A stretch of DNA of 43,832 nt from a virus. Its lineage: Duplodnaviria > Caudoviricetes. Each line of letters begins with the position of its first letter. Position 1 is the stretch's first letter. The DNA lies in IMG/VR virus record IMGVR_UViG_3300037797_000034, positions 1 to 43,832 of that record; one strand, 5' to 3'. Shown piece after piece: positions 27,071 to 37,861 of the stretch. Under the pieces are notes generated by a model. That model had not been told where the DNA came from and ran no database searches. It was given only the letters and a program-made list of their open reading frames with translations. The position numbers and the translations under genes were made by a program.

Positions 27071-27466
27071 ATGCCCCCCACGCCGAAGATCAACCCTGTT
27101 CGCCGCAACTCGCGGGTCGGCCCGCTGCAGTTGCCGGCCGAGGGTCGCAAGGGTACGCCGCCCGTATGGCCGCTGGGCGGCAAGCCGAATGCGCAGATTC
27201 AGCGCATGTGGCGGCAGCTGTGGTCTACGCCGCAGGCTGTGGCGTGGGAGCGGCTGGGTTGGACGCGGGTGGTGGCGCGCTATGCCCGCGTGGCGCTGGC
27301 TGCCGAGGTGCTGGACAAGGATGCGCTGGCTGAAGCGCGCCACCTCGAGGATCGGCTGGGCTTGACGCCGAAGGCGATGCGGATGCTGTTGTGGGAGATC
27401 GTCGCCGACGAGGTGAAAGAGCATCGTGAGGCGTCGGATGTTCGCCGCCGGATCAAGGCGGTCTGA
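27071..27466 (+). CDS. Terminase small subunit
   Basis: GGAGG RBS; EDRLGLTPKAM; synteny. Confidence 0.8.
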   Translation: MPPTPKINPVRRNSRVGPLQLPAEGRKGTPPVWPLGGKPNAQIQRMWRQLWSTPQAVAWERLGWTRVVARYARVALAAEVLDKDALAEARHLEDRLGLTPKAMRMLLWEIVADEVKEHREASDVRRRIKAV

Positions 27467-29074
27467 GTGCCGTGGCGCGGCCCTGAGCACGAGGGCGAGT
27501 ACCCGACGCTGGGCTATGACGTCGGCGAGTGGATCGAGTCGCATTGTGTGATCCCGGACGGCTACCGGCAGGGTAAGCCGTTCATGCTGACGGACGAGAT
27601 GTGGCGGTTTCTGCTGCAGTTCTACCGGCTGGACCCGGAGGCTGAGCCGTGGCCGGGGCCGATCGGGCTGTCGCACACGGGCGCGCAGTTGCGGCGGTCG
27701 CAGAAGTGGGGCAAGGACCCGTTCGGGGCGGCGATTTGCTGGGCCGAGGCGCTCGGTCCGACCAGGTTCGATGGCTGGAATGCTGCCGGTGAGCCGGTGG
27801 GTGCGCCGTATCCGACGCCGCTGATCGTGTGTCTGGGCACGTCGGAGGATCAGACGGACAACACGTGGCGGCCGTTGCTGGCGATGGCGCGGTTGGGTCC
27901 GATTCTGGACTTGCCTGAGGTGCGCGAGGTTGGCCAGACGAAGGTGGATCTGGCGTCGGGCGGGAAGCTTGAGCCGGCTACGACGTCGGCGAAGGCGCGG
28001 CTGGGTGCGCCGATGACGTTCGTGACGATCACCGAGTCGCATCTGTTCACGCTGCAGGGCGGTTATCGCCGGGTGTGCGGCGCGGTGAAGCGGAACGTGG
28101 CCGGCATGGACGGGCGTTGGCTGGAGTTGACGAACGCCTACGATCCGACGGAGGGTTCGGAGGCGCAGGTCACCGCGGAGTCGTCCGACCGGGACGTGTT
28201 CGTTGACACGGTCGAGACGCGGCGGGTCGAGGATCTGGACGACGATGAGGCGCTGTACCGGGAGTTGTTGCGCCAGTACGGCGATTCGGCGCGTGAGCGC
28301 GGCGGCTGGGTGAACATCAAGGGCCGGATCATGGGCGAGTGCCGCTCGTCACGGCACCTAGAGGCTGACCGGCGCCGGTTCTTCCTGAACGAGATCGTTG
28401 TGGGCCAGTCGGTGTTCGTGGACCCGCTGCGCTGGGACTTGCAGGCCAAGGACGACGAGGCGCTGATCAAGGACGTGCCGGTCGCGCTCGGCTTCGACGG
28501 GTCGAAATACCGGGACGCCACGGCGCTTATCGCTTCGCGGATCTCCGACGGCCGGTTGTTCGTGGTGCGGATCTGGGAGCGCGGCGAGGCTGACGGCCCG
28601 GACTGGAAGGTGCCGACCGCCGAGGTCGATCGGGTGGTTCGGGACACGTTCGAGCTTTACAACGTGGCGTGCATGTTCGCCGACCCGTATCGCTGGCAGG
28701 ACTACCTGGACAACTGGGTCGCCGCGTTCGGCGAGCAGCGGGTGGTGGAGTTCCCGACGAACGTCGAGCAGCGCATGGACCGCGCCATCGAGCGGTTCAC
28801 TACCTCGTTCGGCGCGGGGGAGATCACATACGCGCCGGACGGTGCGCTGAGCAGGCACGCGAAGAACGCGGTGCTGGTGAAGGGGTCGAAGAAGAAGCCC
28901 CGGCCCGGTGAGGACGAGACGTTGACCACCCATTACATGAAGATGGCCAAACGTGGCGACGGGTTGCTCATCGATGCTGCGGTGGCTGGCGTGCTGGCGC
29001 ACGAGGCTCGGGCCCATGCGATTGAGCATGGCCTGGTCAAGAAGCCCGAAGAGGCTTTGGTGGCCTGGGGGTGA
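27467..29074 (+). CDS. Terminase large subunit
   Basis: RSQKWGKDP Walker A-like; LGFDGS..D and IDAAVA nuclease motifs. Confidence 0.92.
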   Translation: MPWRGPEHEGEYPTLGYDVGEWIESHCVIPDGYRQGKPFMLTDEMWRFLLQFYRLDPEAEPWPGPIGLSHTGAQLRRSQKWGKDPFGAAICWAEALGPTRFDGWNAAGEPVGAPYPTPLIVCLGTSEDQTDNTWRPLLAMARLGPILDLPEVREVGQTKVDLASGGKLEPATTSAKARLGAPMTFVTITESHLFTLQGGYRRVCGAVKRNVAGMDGRWLELTNAYDPTEGSEAQVTAESSDRDVFVDTVETRRVEDLDDDEALYRELLRQYGDSARERGGWVNIKGRIMGECRSSRHLEADRRRFFLNEIVVGQSVFVDPLRWDLQAKDDEALIKDVPVALGFDGSKYRDATALIASRISDGRLFVVRIWERGEADGPDWKVPTAEVDRVVRDTFELYNVACMFADPYRWQDYLDNWVAAFGEQRVVEFPTNVEQRMDRAIERFTTSFGAGEITYAPDGALSRHAKNAVLVKGSKKKPRPGEDETLTTHYMKMAKRGDGLLIDAAVAGVLAHEARAHAIEHGLVKKPEEALVAWG

Positions 29075-29244
29075 ACGTGCTCGCTGTCCTGTTGGCCGTC
29101 CTGGGCGTCACCGCTATCGCGACCGCCGCGTTCCTCGTCGCCCTACCGCTGGGCCTGCTCGTCGCTGGCCTCGAGGCCGTGCTGACTGCTTACGTGATTC
29201 GATACCTGGAGGCGCGACGTGAAGCTGCTCGACGCGCTTCTTAA
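29071..29244 (+). CDS. Small 2-TM membrane protein
   Basis: GTGA overlap; hydrophobic; lies between terminase and portal. Confidence 0.55.
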   Translation: MNVLAVLLAVLGVTAIATAAFLVALPLGLLVAGLEAVLTAYVIRYLEARREAARRAS

Positions 29245-30631
29245 TCCCACCGAGCCCGAAATCGAGCGGTACGACCTGGGCTGGTATCTGCAGCAGATCA
29301 TGCAGCACGGCGGGTTGGGCGACCCGCTGGGGTATCGGACGAGCTGGAAAAACGAGCCGGCCGAGCCAGTCGGCGACAGCTTCATCGACTACGTGCATCA
29401 CCTGTACAGCACGAGCGGCCCGGTGTTCGCGTGCCAGGCGGTGCGCGGGAAGGTGTTCTCCGAGGCCCGGTTCCAGTTCCAGCGGCTGTCCGACGGGCGG
29501 CCCGGGGAGCTGTTCGGGACCGAGTCGCTGTCGATTCTGGAGCGGCCGTGGGTTGGCGGCACGACCGGTGACCTGTTGACGCGGATGATCCTGGATGTGG
29601 ACCTGGCCGGGAACTGGTTCGGCGCGGTGATAGACGACGAGGTCGTGCGGCTGCGCCCGGACTGGACGGATATCGTCCTGGAGCCGCGGTACGGGCCGAA
29701 CGGCGGCGTGGTCGGCATGAAGCGGGTTGGCTACGTGTACTACGAGGGCGGCAAGGACATGACTGCCACCGGGTTGTACACCAAGTCGGGGTCGGCGCCG
29801 GAGCCGTTCCCGGTCGGCGAGGTGGCGCATTTCATCGACCAGCCGGACCCGTTGGCGAGTTACCGCGGCATGACGTGGTTGACGCCGGTGGTCCGTGAGA
29901 TTCAGGGCGATGTGCAGGCGACGAGGCACAAGCTGAAGTTCTTCGAGAACGGTGCGACGCCGAACGTGGCCGTCAAGCTGCCGCAGCAGATGACCCCGGA
30001 GCAGTTCCGCGAGTTCATCGGCATGATGAACGAACAGCATCAGGGCGTGGAGAACGCCTACAAGACGCTGTACACCGCCGGCGGGGCCGACGTGACGGTG
30101 ATCGGCGCGGACATGAAGCAGCTTGACTTCAAGGTGACGCAGGGCGCGGGTGAGACGCGGATCGCGAACGCGGCCGGTGTCCATCCTGCGGTGGTCGGTT
30201 TGTCTGAGGGGATGCAGGGCTCGTCGCTGAACGCGGGGAACTTCGGTCAGGCGAAGCGTGCTACGGCGCAGATCACGATGCGGCCGTTGTGGCGTAAGGC
30301 GTCTGGTTCGCTGGAGGTCCTTGTGCCACCGCCGTCGGGTTCGCCGTCGCGGTTGTGGTACGACGACCGGGACATCGAGTTCCTGCGTGAGGACGAGAAG
30401 GACGCGGCGGAGATCCGCAGCAGCGACGCGACGACCGCGCGGCAGTTGGCCGACGCTGGCTGGAAGACGGACGCGATCGTGGAGTACCTGGCTTCCGGCG
30501 AGATCACCAGGCTGCGCGGCCAGCATTCGGGCCTGTTCTCGGTGCAGTTGCAGCCGCCGGGCACGCAAGCACCTGAGCCTGAGTCGGAGCCGGTTCCGGC
30601 TATTTCGAGTAACGGATCGTCGGGAGGCTGA
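29219..30631 (+). CDS. Portal protein (HK97 family)
   Basis: LAGNWF, FFENGATP, IANAAGVHP. Confidence 0.92.
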   Translation: MKLLDALLNPTEPEIERYDLGWYLQQIMQHGGLGDPLGYRTSWKNEPAEPVGDSFIDYVHHLYSTSGPVFACQAVRGKVFSEARFQFQRLSDGRPGELFGTESLSILERPWVGGTTGDLLTRMILDVDLAGNWFGAVIDDEVVRLRPDWTDIVLEPRYGPNGGVVGMKRVGYVYYEGGKDMTATGLYTKSGSAPEPFPVGEVAHFIDQPDPLASYRGMTWLTPVVREIQGDVQATRHKLKFFENGATPNVAVKLPQQMTPEQFREFIGMMNEQHQGVENAYKTLYTAGGADVTVIGADMKQLDFKVTQGAGETRIANAAGVHPAVVGLSEGMQGSSLNAGNFGQAKRATAQITMRPLWRKASGSLEVLVPPPSGSPSRLWYDDRDIEFLREDEKDAAEIRSSDATTARQLADAGWKTDAIVEYLASGEITRLRGQHSGLFSVQLQPPGTQAPEPESEPVPAISSNGSSGG

Positions 30632-30633
30632 CG

Positions 30634-31374
30634 ATGACCACTGACCACATCACTTTTGACCGGTCGTGGGATCTTGAGGACTGCATTATCCGCTCCGGCG
30701 GTGACGGTCGCACCGTCGAGGCGTATGCCGCGGTGTTCGACACCCCGGCCGAGATCCAGGACCGTCACGGTCACTACATGGAGTCGGTCGACCCGAAGGC
30801 GTTCAACCGAACGCTGTCGCACGGCATCGAACGGTTCCGGGTGTTCTACAACCACGCCATGACCATGTTCGGCACCCCGTCCGAGCTCGGCAGCGTTCCG
30901 ATCGGCCGACCGGTGGAGGTCAAGGCGGACAAGCGCGGCCTGCTCACGGTCACCCGGTACAACCGCTCCGAGTTGGCGGACGCGGTGCTCGAGGCGATCC
31001 GCAACGGCGACATCACCGGCTACTCGTTCCGCGGGCCGATCATCCGTTCGACGCCGAACCGGCCGCCGCGAGCGCGCGCCGGTCGGCCGCTGCCGACGTG
31101 GCGGCACCTGGAGCTCGGGCTGAAGGAGTTCGGCCCAACTCCGGCCCCGTCGTATGCAGGCGCAGGCGTCGTTGCTGTTCGTTCTGCGACGCAACTGGCC
31201 GCCGCACTGGATGAGGCCAAGCAACTGATCATGTCGTCGTCCACTCCGCAGGACCCGGACGACGAAACCGCCACTCCCGCAACGGGACCCGGCACCGAGG
31301 ACTCGCCCGATGGGCACTCCGGTCGGCAGAAGATGCTCCGGCTCCGGTCGGAGATTCGCGCACGAGGAGTGTGA
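30634..31374 (+). CDS. HK97-family prohead protease
   Basis: YAAVFD, FYNH, GYSF, PAPSYAG. Confidence 0.9.
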   Translation: MTTDHITFDRSWDLEDCIIRSGGDGRTVEAYAAVFDTPAEIQDRHGHYMESVDPKAFNRTLSHGIERFRVFYNHAMTMFGTPSELGSVPIGRPVEVKADKRGLLTVTRYNRSELADAVLEAIRNGDITGYSFRGPIIRSTPNRPPRARAGRPLPTWRHLELGLKEFGPTPAPSYAGAGVVAVRSATQLAAALDEAKQLIMSSSTPQDPDDETATPATGPGTEDSPDGHSGRQKMLRLRSEIRARGV

Positions 31375-31375
31375 C

Positions 31376-32836
31376 ATGGCAAAGAAGCGAAGCGAGATCC
31401 TCAGCGAGGAGCTCGAGGTCCTGCGTTCGGAGCTGAAGGTCATCGAAGAGGCCGAGGATGCTTCGGACGACGACATCAGCCGCGGCGAGAATCTGCTCGC
31501 CGAGTGGGACGAGAAGAAGGCCGCCTACGACAAGGCGCTGGAGCGGGAGAAGCAGGTAGACGAGGTGTTCCGTACGGCGCTGGAGCGTCGGGCGGAGTCC
31601 GAGTCCGGCGACGCGCCGGCCGCGGTGCGCAGCGGCGCCCCCGAGATCAAGCGCACCATCGACCCGTACGACAACCAGGAGCAACTGTTCCGGTCGCTGT
31701 TCGGGGATGTGCTGCTCAACGCCAGCGATACGGTCAGCCGCGCCCAGGTGGCCATCGACACCGCCCCCCGGCATGTCGACGACGCCGCCAAGGAGCGGAT
31801 GCACGAGCTGGTTGAGCTGGACAACAAGCACGCCGCGTCGATCGCCCGGCACATGCTGCTGACCGGGTCGCCGGCGTACCACGAGGAGTTCCGCGACTAT
31901 GTGAAGTCACGGGGGACTCTGGTCGGGGACGCGATGCGTGCCGCGATGTCGCTGACGAACGACAACGGCGGTTACATGGTGCCGTTCACCCTGGACCCGA
32001 CGATCATTCTGACGAACGCCGGGATCATCGACCCGCTGCGCCAGATCAGCACCGTCAAGACGATCACGACGGACAACTGGAACGGCGTCACGTCGGCCGG
32101 TGTGAATGCCGAGTGGCTCGCTGAGGGTGCCGAGGCGGCGGACAAGTCGCCGACGTTCGGCCAGCCGACGATCACGCCGCAGAAGGCCGCGGCGTGGGTG
32201 TTCGGTTCGTACGAGGTGCTCGCCGACTCCGGGTTCGCCAACGAGCTCGGTCGGCTGCTCGCCGACGCGAAGGCCCGCCTCGAGGGCGAGGCGTTCGCCA
32301 CCGGCAACACGGTGGGTCAGCCGTACGGCGTGGTAACCGGCGTGGCGGCGGTGACGGCTTCGATCGTCACCTCGACTACGGTCAACGCCTACGCGGTCTC
32401 CGATGTGTATCGGGTTGCCGATGCGCTTCGACCCCGTGACGCGGCGCAAGCGTCGTGGATCGCCAACAAGCGGGCTTTCACGCTGACGCGGCAGTTCGAC
32501 ACTGCCGGCGGTTCCTCGTTCTGGGCGAACCTCGGGATGGCGGTGCCGCAGCAACTGCTCGGCCAGCCCATCTATGAAGCGTCGTCGATGACCGGCGTGG
32601 TGTCCACGTCCGCGAACTTCCTGCTCGCCGGGAACTTCAGCGAGTTCTACATCATCGACCGGGTCGGAATGTCGGTGCTGTACGAGCCGATGGTCAAGTC
32701 GACCGGTTCGAATCGCCCAACCGGCCAGGCCGGATGGTTTGCGTTCTGGAGAGTCGGCAGCGATGTCGTCGACCCTGACGCGTTCCGGCTGCTGAAGCTG
32801 GCCACCACGGCGACCTTCACCGCGAAGGCCACCTGA
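31376..32836 (+). CDS. Major capsid protein (HK97 fold with delta domain)
   Basis: Coiled-coil N-terminus; GGYMVP; WLAEG; LLGQPI; GNFS. Confidence 0.93.
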   Translation: MAKKRSEILSEELEVLRSELKVIEEAEDASDDDISRGENLLAEWDEKKAAYDKALEREKQVDEVFRTALERRAESESGDAPAAVRSGAPEIKRTIDPYDNQEQLFRSLFGDVLLNASDTVSRAQVAIDTAPRHVDDAAKERMHELVELDNKHAASIARHMLLTGSPAYHEEFRDYVKSRGTLVGDAMRAAMSLTNDNGGYMVPFTLDPTIILTNAGIIDPLRQISTVKTITTDNWNGVTSAGVNAEWLAEGAEAADKSPTFGQPTITPQKAAAWVFGSYEVLADSGFANELGRLLADAKARLEGEAFATGNTVGQPYGVVTGVAAVTASIVTSTTVNAYAVSDVYRVADALRPRDAAQASWIANKRAFTLTRQFDTAGGSSFWANLGMAVPQQLLGQPIYEASSMTGVVSTSANFLLAGNFSEFYIIDRVGMSVLYEPMVKSTGSNRPTGQAGWFAFWRVGSDVVDPDAFRLLKLATTATFTAKAT

Positions 32837-32850
32837 TCGGTCTACTGACT

Positions 32851-32884
32851 GGAAGCCCCGGGGACCCAAGGCTCCGGGGCTTCC
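32851..32884 (+). terminator. Hairpin after the capsid gene
   Basis: GGAAGCCCCGG/CCGGGGCTTCC 11-bp stem. Confidence 0.6.
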
Positions 32885-32891
32885 GCCTACC

Positions 32892-33635
32892 TTGGGAGAT
32901 TCTGTGCCGAACGACCGCACTAACGAGAAGGTCGTGGTGGCGTACTGCCATCCCGGCAACATCGACGCCGCCTTCCACGAGTCGCTGCTGGATCTGCTGG
33001 TCTACGACATGGCGTTCCACCGGCGCATCGTCAACGGCGGCGGTCGGCTGGCGCACCAGGCGTCGGCGAACCTGTCGGGGCCGCGTAACGACGTGGTCCG
33101 GAAGTTTCTCGACGGCTCGGACGCCGACTGGTTGTGGTTCGTGGACACCGACATGGTGTTTCTGCCGGACACGGTCGAGAAGCTGCTTGAGTTCGCCAAC
33201 CCGGTCACCGCGCCGATCGTCGGCGGGTTGTGCTTCTCCATCGACAAGGGCCACATCTACCCGACCCTGTACGGGCTGATGGGCGAAGAGGACAACCCGC
33301 AGGTGATTCGGTTCCACGAGTGGGCGCCGGATGCGATGTTCCAGGTGGCTGCGACTGGCACCGGCTGCATCCTGATCCACCGTTCGGTGTTCGAGCGGAT
33401 CCGCGACTTCAAGGTCCCGGGCACCGGGCAGGTCGGTTTCAACGCGGCGTTCCCCTGGTTCCAGGAGACCGCGCACCACAGCCGACCGGTGGGTGAGGAC
33501 ATCACGTTCTGCTGGCGGGCCGGCGTGGTCGGCATCCCCGTACACGTCAACACCGCTGTGCATATCGGGCATGTCAAGCAGCGGCTGCTCGATCTGGACG
33601 CGTATCTGCAACAGCGCGGAGAGGTGACGGCATGA
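32892..33635 (+). CDS. GT-A fold glycosyltransferase
   Basis: WFVDTD, GTGCILI, GEDITFC. Confidence 0.85.
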   Translation: MGDSVPNDRTNEKVVVAYCHPGNIDAAFHESLLDLLVYDMAFHRRIVNGGGRLAHQASANLSGPRNDVVRKFLDGSDADWLWFVDTDMVFLPDTVEKLLEFANPVTAPIVGGLCFSIDKGHIYPTLYGLMGEEDNPQVIRFHEWAPDAMFQVAATGTGCILIHRSVFERIRDFKVPGTGQVGFNAAFPWFQETAHHSRPVGEDITFCWRAGVVGIPVHVNTAVHIGHVKQRLLDLDAYLQQRGEVTA

Positions 33636-33871
33636 AGTACCCGAAGATCAACGGATTCGTCGGTTTCCGCGGTGACAGCGTTCCGCTGGAGCCGGTATCG
33701 GACGATCATCCGATCGTCGCGGCGTTCCCGGATCTGTTCACCGACACCCCGCCGCCCGGGGTGGAGAAGCCGAAGCGGCGGACTTTGAAGAAGGCCGCGG
33801 CCACTCCAGTCGAAAAGCCGGCGGAAAAACCGGTCGAACAGCCGACGGGCACGGAGCAGCGCCCGCGATGA
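33632..33871 (+). CDS. Small head-region hypothetical protein
   Basis: DDHPIVAAFPDLF; ATGA couplings. Confidence 0.65.
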   Translation: MKYPKINGFVGFRGDSVPLEPVSDDHPIVAAFPDLFTDTPPPGVEKPKRRTLKKAAATPVEKPAEKPVEQPTGTEQRPR

Positions 33872-34512
33872 CGGTTGACACGGCTGTCATCGTCCCCACT
33901 ATGCGGCCGGCGAACGCGGAGTCGTTCATGGCTTCCCTGAGCGCCTCGACCGATACGGCCACGGTCTACGCCGTGACCGACGCCGAAAGTGCCGCGGCGT
34001 GGCGCTCAGCGGGCGCCGAGGTGTTTGTGGGCGACGAGGTGTCGTTCGCGCAGCGGGTCAACGCCGGATACCGGGCCACCGACGAGCCGTGGCTGTTCCT
34101 GGTCGGTGACGACGTGCGGTTCCACCGCAACTGGCTCATCAACGCCAAGCTGATCGCGTCCCGCCGCCATCACGTGGTCGGGACCGCCGATCTGGCGAAC
34201 CCGCGGGTGATGTCCGGCGACCACGCCACCCACCTGCTGATCCGCCGCTCCTATGTGGACGAGGTCGGCGCGTCGTGGGACGGGCCGAAGACGGTGTGCC
34301 ACGAGGGGTACCGGCACTGGTTCGTTGACGATGAGATCGTGACGGCGGCCCAGCGGCGGGGCGTGTGGGCATTCGCCCGCTCGTCCGTGGTGGAACACCT
34401 GCATCCGCTGACCGGTAAGGCCGACTGGGACGACGTGTACGAGATCGGCATCGCGCACAAGGACGCCGACGAGGAACTGTTCCGGTCCCGTCTGCTCGAG
34501 CACCTGGGGTGA
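33868..34512 (+). CDS. GT2-like glycosyltransferase
   Basis: VIVPT, LVGDD, FVDDE, VEHLHP. Confidence 0.8.
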   Translation: MTVDTAVIVPTMRPANAESFMASLSASTDTATVYAVTDAESAAAWRSAGAEVFVGDEVSFAQRVNAGYRATDEPWLFLVGDDVRFHRNWLINAKLIASRRHHVVGTADLANPRVMSGDHATHLLIRRSYVDEVGASWDGPKTVCHEGYRHWFVDDEIVTAAQRRGVWAFARSSVVEHLHPLTGKADWDDVYEIGIAHKDADEELFRSRLLEHLG

Positions 34513-35123
34513 TCTCCTACATTGTCGCGTCGAACGACGCGAAGATCCTGGATGCGAACCTGAAGGCCACGCTCGAACTCGCAGGCGAGGATGAGCTGAT
34601 CGTGGTCGATGATCCTCCGTCGATCGCGGTGGCCTACAACCAGGGCCAGTCCAGGGCACGGAACACGATCCGCTGCTACGTCCATTCGGACGTGCAGATA
34701 CTGGATCCGATCCAGTTGCGCGCCGATCTACTACGCACTTGTGTGCCAGCGGTCGGCATAGTGGGAGTGATCGGCAGTTTCGACCGCGTGGTGCCCTGGT
34801 GGTGTTGTAGACAGCCGAAGGGCAGCGTGATCGATGCGCGGACGGGGCTGCTCAACTACGACGGCGGCGGTTATTGCATCTACCTGGACGGGTTGCTGCT
34901 CGCCACCGCGCAGGATCTCACCTGGGACGAGTCGTACACCGGATTCCACATGTACGACCACGACATCTGTGAGCAGATGCTGGCCCGCGGCCTGCCGAAT
35001 TACTGCATACCGGGCGGCCAGTCGGTGCTGCACAACACTCGGAACCCGGCGGACGTGTCCCAACTCGACGGTTGGGACGCGGCCGTGGCCAGGTTCCGCG
35101 GCAAATGGGGGATGGCTGCATGA
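34509..35123 (+). CDS. Glycosyltransferase-like protein (Glyco_tranf_2_5-like)
   Basis: AYNQG, YVHSD, LDGLLLA, FHMYDHDIC. Confidence 0.8.
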   Translation: MISYIVASNDAKILDANLKATLELAGEDELIVVDDPPSIAVAYNQGQSRARNTIRCYVHSDVQILDPIQLRADLLRTCVPAVGIVGVIGSFDRVVPWWCCRQPKGSVIDARTGLLNYDGGGYCIYLDGLLLATAQDLTWDESYTGFHMYDHDICEQMLARGLPNYCIPGGQSVLHNTRNPADVSQLDGWDAAVARFRGKWGMAA

Positions 35124-36295
35124 ACAGGACGCACTGCGGCGGTTGTGGCTCGCCGGGCTTGCAGCCGTTCCTAGATCTAGGGTCTTCGCCGTTGGCCGAT
35201 CGGTTCCCAGGAACCCCCGGCGAGCCGGAAGAAAACTACCCGCTGCAACTGGCGGTATGCACGTCCTGCTGGTTGGCGCAGTTGACCGAGGTCGTCCCCG
35301 ATGGACTGCTGTACGGGGCGGACTACGGGTTCTACACCGGGTCGTCGCCGTCGGCGGTCGAGTACTTTCAGCAGTACGCGGGCTGGGTGAATGACCGCTT
35401 CGACCAGGACGGCAAGTTCTTGGTCGAGATCGCCTGCAACGACGGGACGATGCTCGCCGAATTCGAGTGTCGCACGCTCGGTGTCGAACCAGCCGACGGC
35501 CCCGCCACTGCGGCGCGAGCCAAGGGCCTGTCTGTGGTGCACGAGCCGTTCGGGCTGGACACGGCGCGGCGGATCGTCGCCGACCACGGCCCGGCCGACG
35601 TGGTTATCGCGAACAACGTGGCAGCGCACGTCGCCGACCTGCACGACTTCTTCGCCGGCGTCGAGCGCCTGCTCGCGCCCGGCGGTGTCGCCGTGGTGGA
35701 GGTGCAGTACCTAGCGGACCTGATCGCCGGGAACCAGTTCGATCACGTCTATCACGAGCACCGCTGCTACTTCACCGTCGACTCGTTGGCGCGGGTCGCG
35801 TCGCGGCACGGCCTCGCCGCTGAATCGGTGACCAGGACCTCGGCGCAGGGCGGGTCGATACGGGTCACGCTCTGCCGCGGGGAGCCACATGAGCCGATCG
35901 AGCCGGTGTGGCTTCGGCGGCCGTCGACGTTCCTGAGCCTGCAAGGGCGGGCCGAACAGATCCGGAACCGGCTGCTGGAGCTGATTGACGAGCAGATCCG
36001 TGCCGGCCGCAAGGTCGCCGGCTACGCCGCATCGGCCAAGTCGGCCACGCTGCTGAACTTCTGCGGCATCGGCCCCGACCAGCTCGACCACATCGTCGAC
36101 ACCACACCGCACAAGATCGGCCGCTACACCCCCGGCACGCACATCCCGATCGTCGGGCCGGGCGACCGGCCCGAACCCGACGTGTACCTGCTGCTGGCAT
36201 GGAACTACCTACCCGGCGTGCTGCGCCGCGAACGGGAGTTCATCGATCGCGGCGGCCGGTTCTTGGTGCCGATCCCGTACCCGGTGCTGCTATGA
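35120..36295 (+). CDS. NDP-sugar C-methyltransferase (Zn-binding, class I SAM)
   Basis: CxxC..DLG.SPLA, EIACNDG, ANNVAAH, YHEH, LLAWN. Confidence 0.88.
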   Translation: MNRTHCGGCGSPGLQPFLDLGSSPLADRFPGTPGEPEENYPLQLAVCTSCWLAQLTEVVPDGLLYGADYGFYTGSSPSAVEYFQQYAGWVNDRFDQDGKFLVEIACNDGTMLAEFECRTLGVEPADGPATAARAKGLSVVHEPFGLDTARRIVADHGPADVVIANNVAAHVADLHDFFAGVERLLAPGGVAVVEVQYLADLIAGNQFDHVYHEHRCYFTVDSLARVASRHGLAAESVTRTSAQGGSIRVTLCRGEPHEPIEPVWLRRPSTFLSLQGRAEQIRNRLLELIDEQIRAGRKVAGYAASAKSATLLNFCGIGPDQLDHIVDTTPHKIGRYTPGTHIPIVGPGDRPEPDVYLLLAWNYLPGVLRREREFIDRGGRFLVPIPYPVLL

Positions 36296-37239
36296 AGGCG
36301 CTTATCACCGGGGTCACCGGACAGTCTGGCTCGTACCTCGCCGAACAACTCCGCAACGACGGCCACGAGGTCTGGGCACTGCTACACGGCCAGCACAACC
36401 CCAAGAAGGCTTGGGTCGAGTCGCTGGTCCCCACGATCCGCTGGGTTCCCGGCGACCTGCTCGACCCGTCGTCGCTGCACCGGGCACTTGAAGCGTCGCA
36501 GCCGGACATCGTCTACAACCTGGCCGCGATCACGTTCGTCGGCATGAGCTGGGACCAGCCGACCCTGGTCAGCGAAGTCACCGGCCTGGGCGCGCTGCGG
36601 ATGCTGGAGGCGATCCGCCAGGTCGACCCGCAGATCCGGTTCGTGCAGGCGTCCTCTTCGGAGATGTTCGGATCTAACCCGCCGCCGCAGAGCGAGACCA
36701 CCAAGTTCCATCCGCGTTCGCCGTACGGCGTGGCGAAACTATTCGCGCACTTCACCACCGTGAACTACCGGGAGTCGCACGGGATCTTCGCCGCGACGGC
36801 GATCATGTTCAACCACGAGAGCCCCCGGCGCGGCGTCGAGTTCGTCTCGCGGAAGGTCGCCATCGCCGCGGCCCGGATTTCCCGCGGCCTGGACCGCACC
36901 GTGCGGCTGGGGAACATCAACTCGTACCGCGACTGGGGTTACGCCCCGGACTACATGAACGCCGTGCAGATGATCGGCAACCATGCTGAGCCGGACGACT
37001 TCGTGGTCGCCACCGGCGATTCCCGCCAGGTCAAGGAGCTGTGTGAGATCGCGTTCCGCGAGGTCGGCCTGGACTACCGCGACCACGTGGTGATCGACCC
37101 GCAGTTCTACCGGCCGGCGGACGTGGAGTTCCTGCGCGGCGACGCGTCGAAGATCCGCGACGTGTTGGGCTGGCGGCCGACGGTGCCGTTCGAGGAGATG
37201 ATCGCCCGAATGGTCAAGCACGAACTGGCGCAACTGTGA
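36292..37239 (+). CDS. gmd: GDP-mannose 4,6-dehydratase
   Basis: ITGVTGQSGSYLAE, QASSSEMFG, PRSPYGVAK, FNHESPRRG. Confidence 0.92.
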   Translation: MKALITGVTGQSGSYLAEQLRNDGHEVWALLHGQHNPKKAWVESLVPTIRWVPGDLLDPSSLHRALEASQPDIVYNLAAITFVGMSWDQPTLVSEVTGLGALRMLEAIRQVDPQIRFVQASSSEMFGSNPPPQSETTKFHPRSPYGVAKLFAHFTTVNYRESHGIFAATAIMFNHESPRRGVEFVSRKVAIAAARISRGLDRTVRLGNINSYRDWGYAPDYMNAVQMIGNHAEPDDFVVATGDSRQVKELCEIAFREVGLDYRDHVVIDPQFYRPADVEFLRGDASKIRDVLGWRPTVPFEEMIARMVKHELAQL

Positions 37240-37850
37240 GCGCGCTGGTCTCGATCGTCACCCCCACCATGCCGGGCCGCGAGGCTCTATTGCTGGACCG
37301 GTGCATCCCGTCGGTGCGGGCGCAGACGTGGCCGCACGCCGAGCACGTGATCGTGTCCGACCGCAACCCCGGCTTGGCCGAGAAGATGGCTGCCCACCCG
37401 GACATCCGGTTCGTGCAGATCAACGAGACGTGGCGGGACGGGCACGCCGACCACTGCCCCGGCGCGCTGCCCTGGCAGGTCGGCTCACTGTTGGCGCTCG
37501 GCGAGTACATCGGGTTCGTCGGCGATGACGACGAGCTGCTGCCCGATCACATCGCCCGGCACGTGTCTGTGATGACTGAGCATGACCTGCACTTCACTAT
37601 CTCGCCGGTGCGGTTCGTGGTGCATGGCCAGGAACGGTTTGTCGTCGGCGACGACACGCTCGCGGTCGGGCACGTCGACTCCGACGGGATCATGTGCCGA
37701 GCCGAGGCGCTGCGCACCGCCACCTGGCAACTCGGGGTGGACGCACCAGACGCCCTGCTGCCGCACGACTGGGCCGCCGGCGGCCTGCGCTGGATGTTCA
37801 TCGGCGGCGAGCCGACAGCGATCCACCACGACGGGTGGGCCGCACGATGA
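37236..37850 (+). CDS. GT2 glycosyltransferase
   Basis: VSIVTPT, SVRAQT, FVGDDD. Confidence 0.8.
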   Translation: MSALVSIVTPTMPGREALLLDRCIPSVRAQTWPHAEHVIVSDRNPGLAEKMAAHPDIRFVQINETWRDGHADHCPGALPWQVGSLLALGEYIGFVGDDDELLPDHIARHVSVMTEHDLHFTISPVRFVVHGQERFVVGDDTLAVGHVDSDGIMCRAEALRTATWQLGVDAPDALLPHDWAAGGLRWMFIGGEPTAIHHDGWAAR

Positions 37851-37861
37851 CTGGGGGAAGC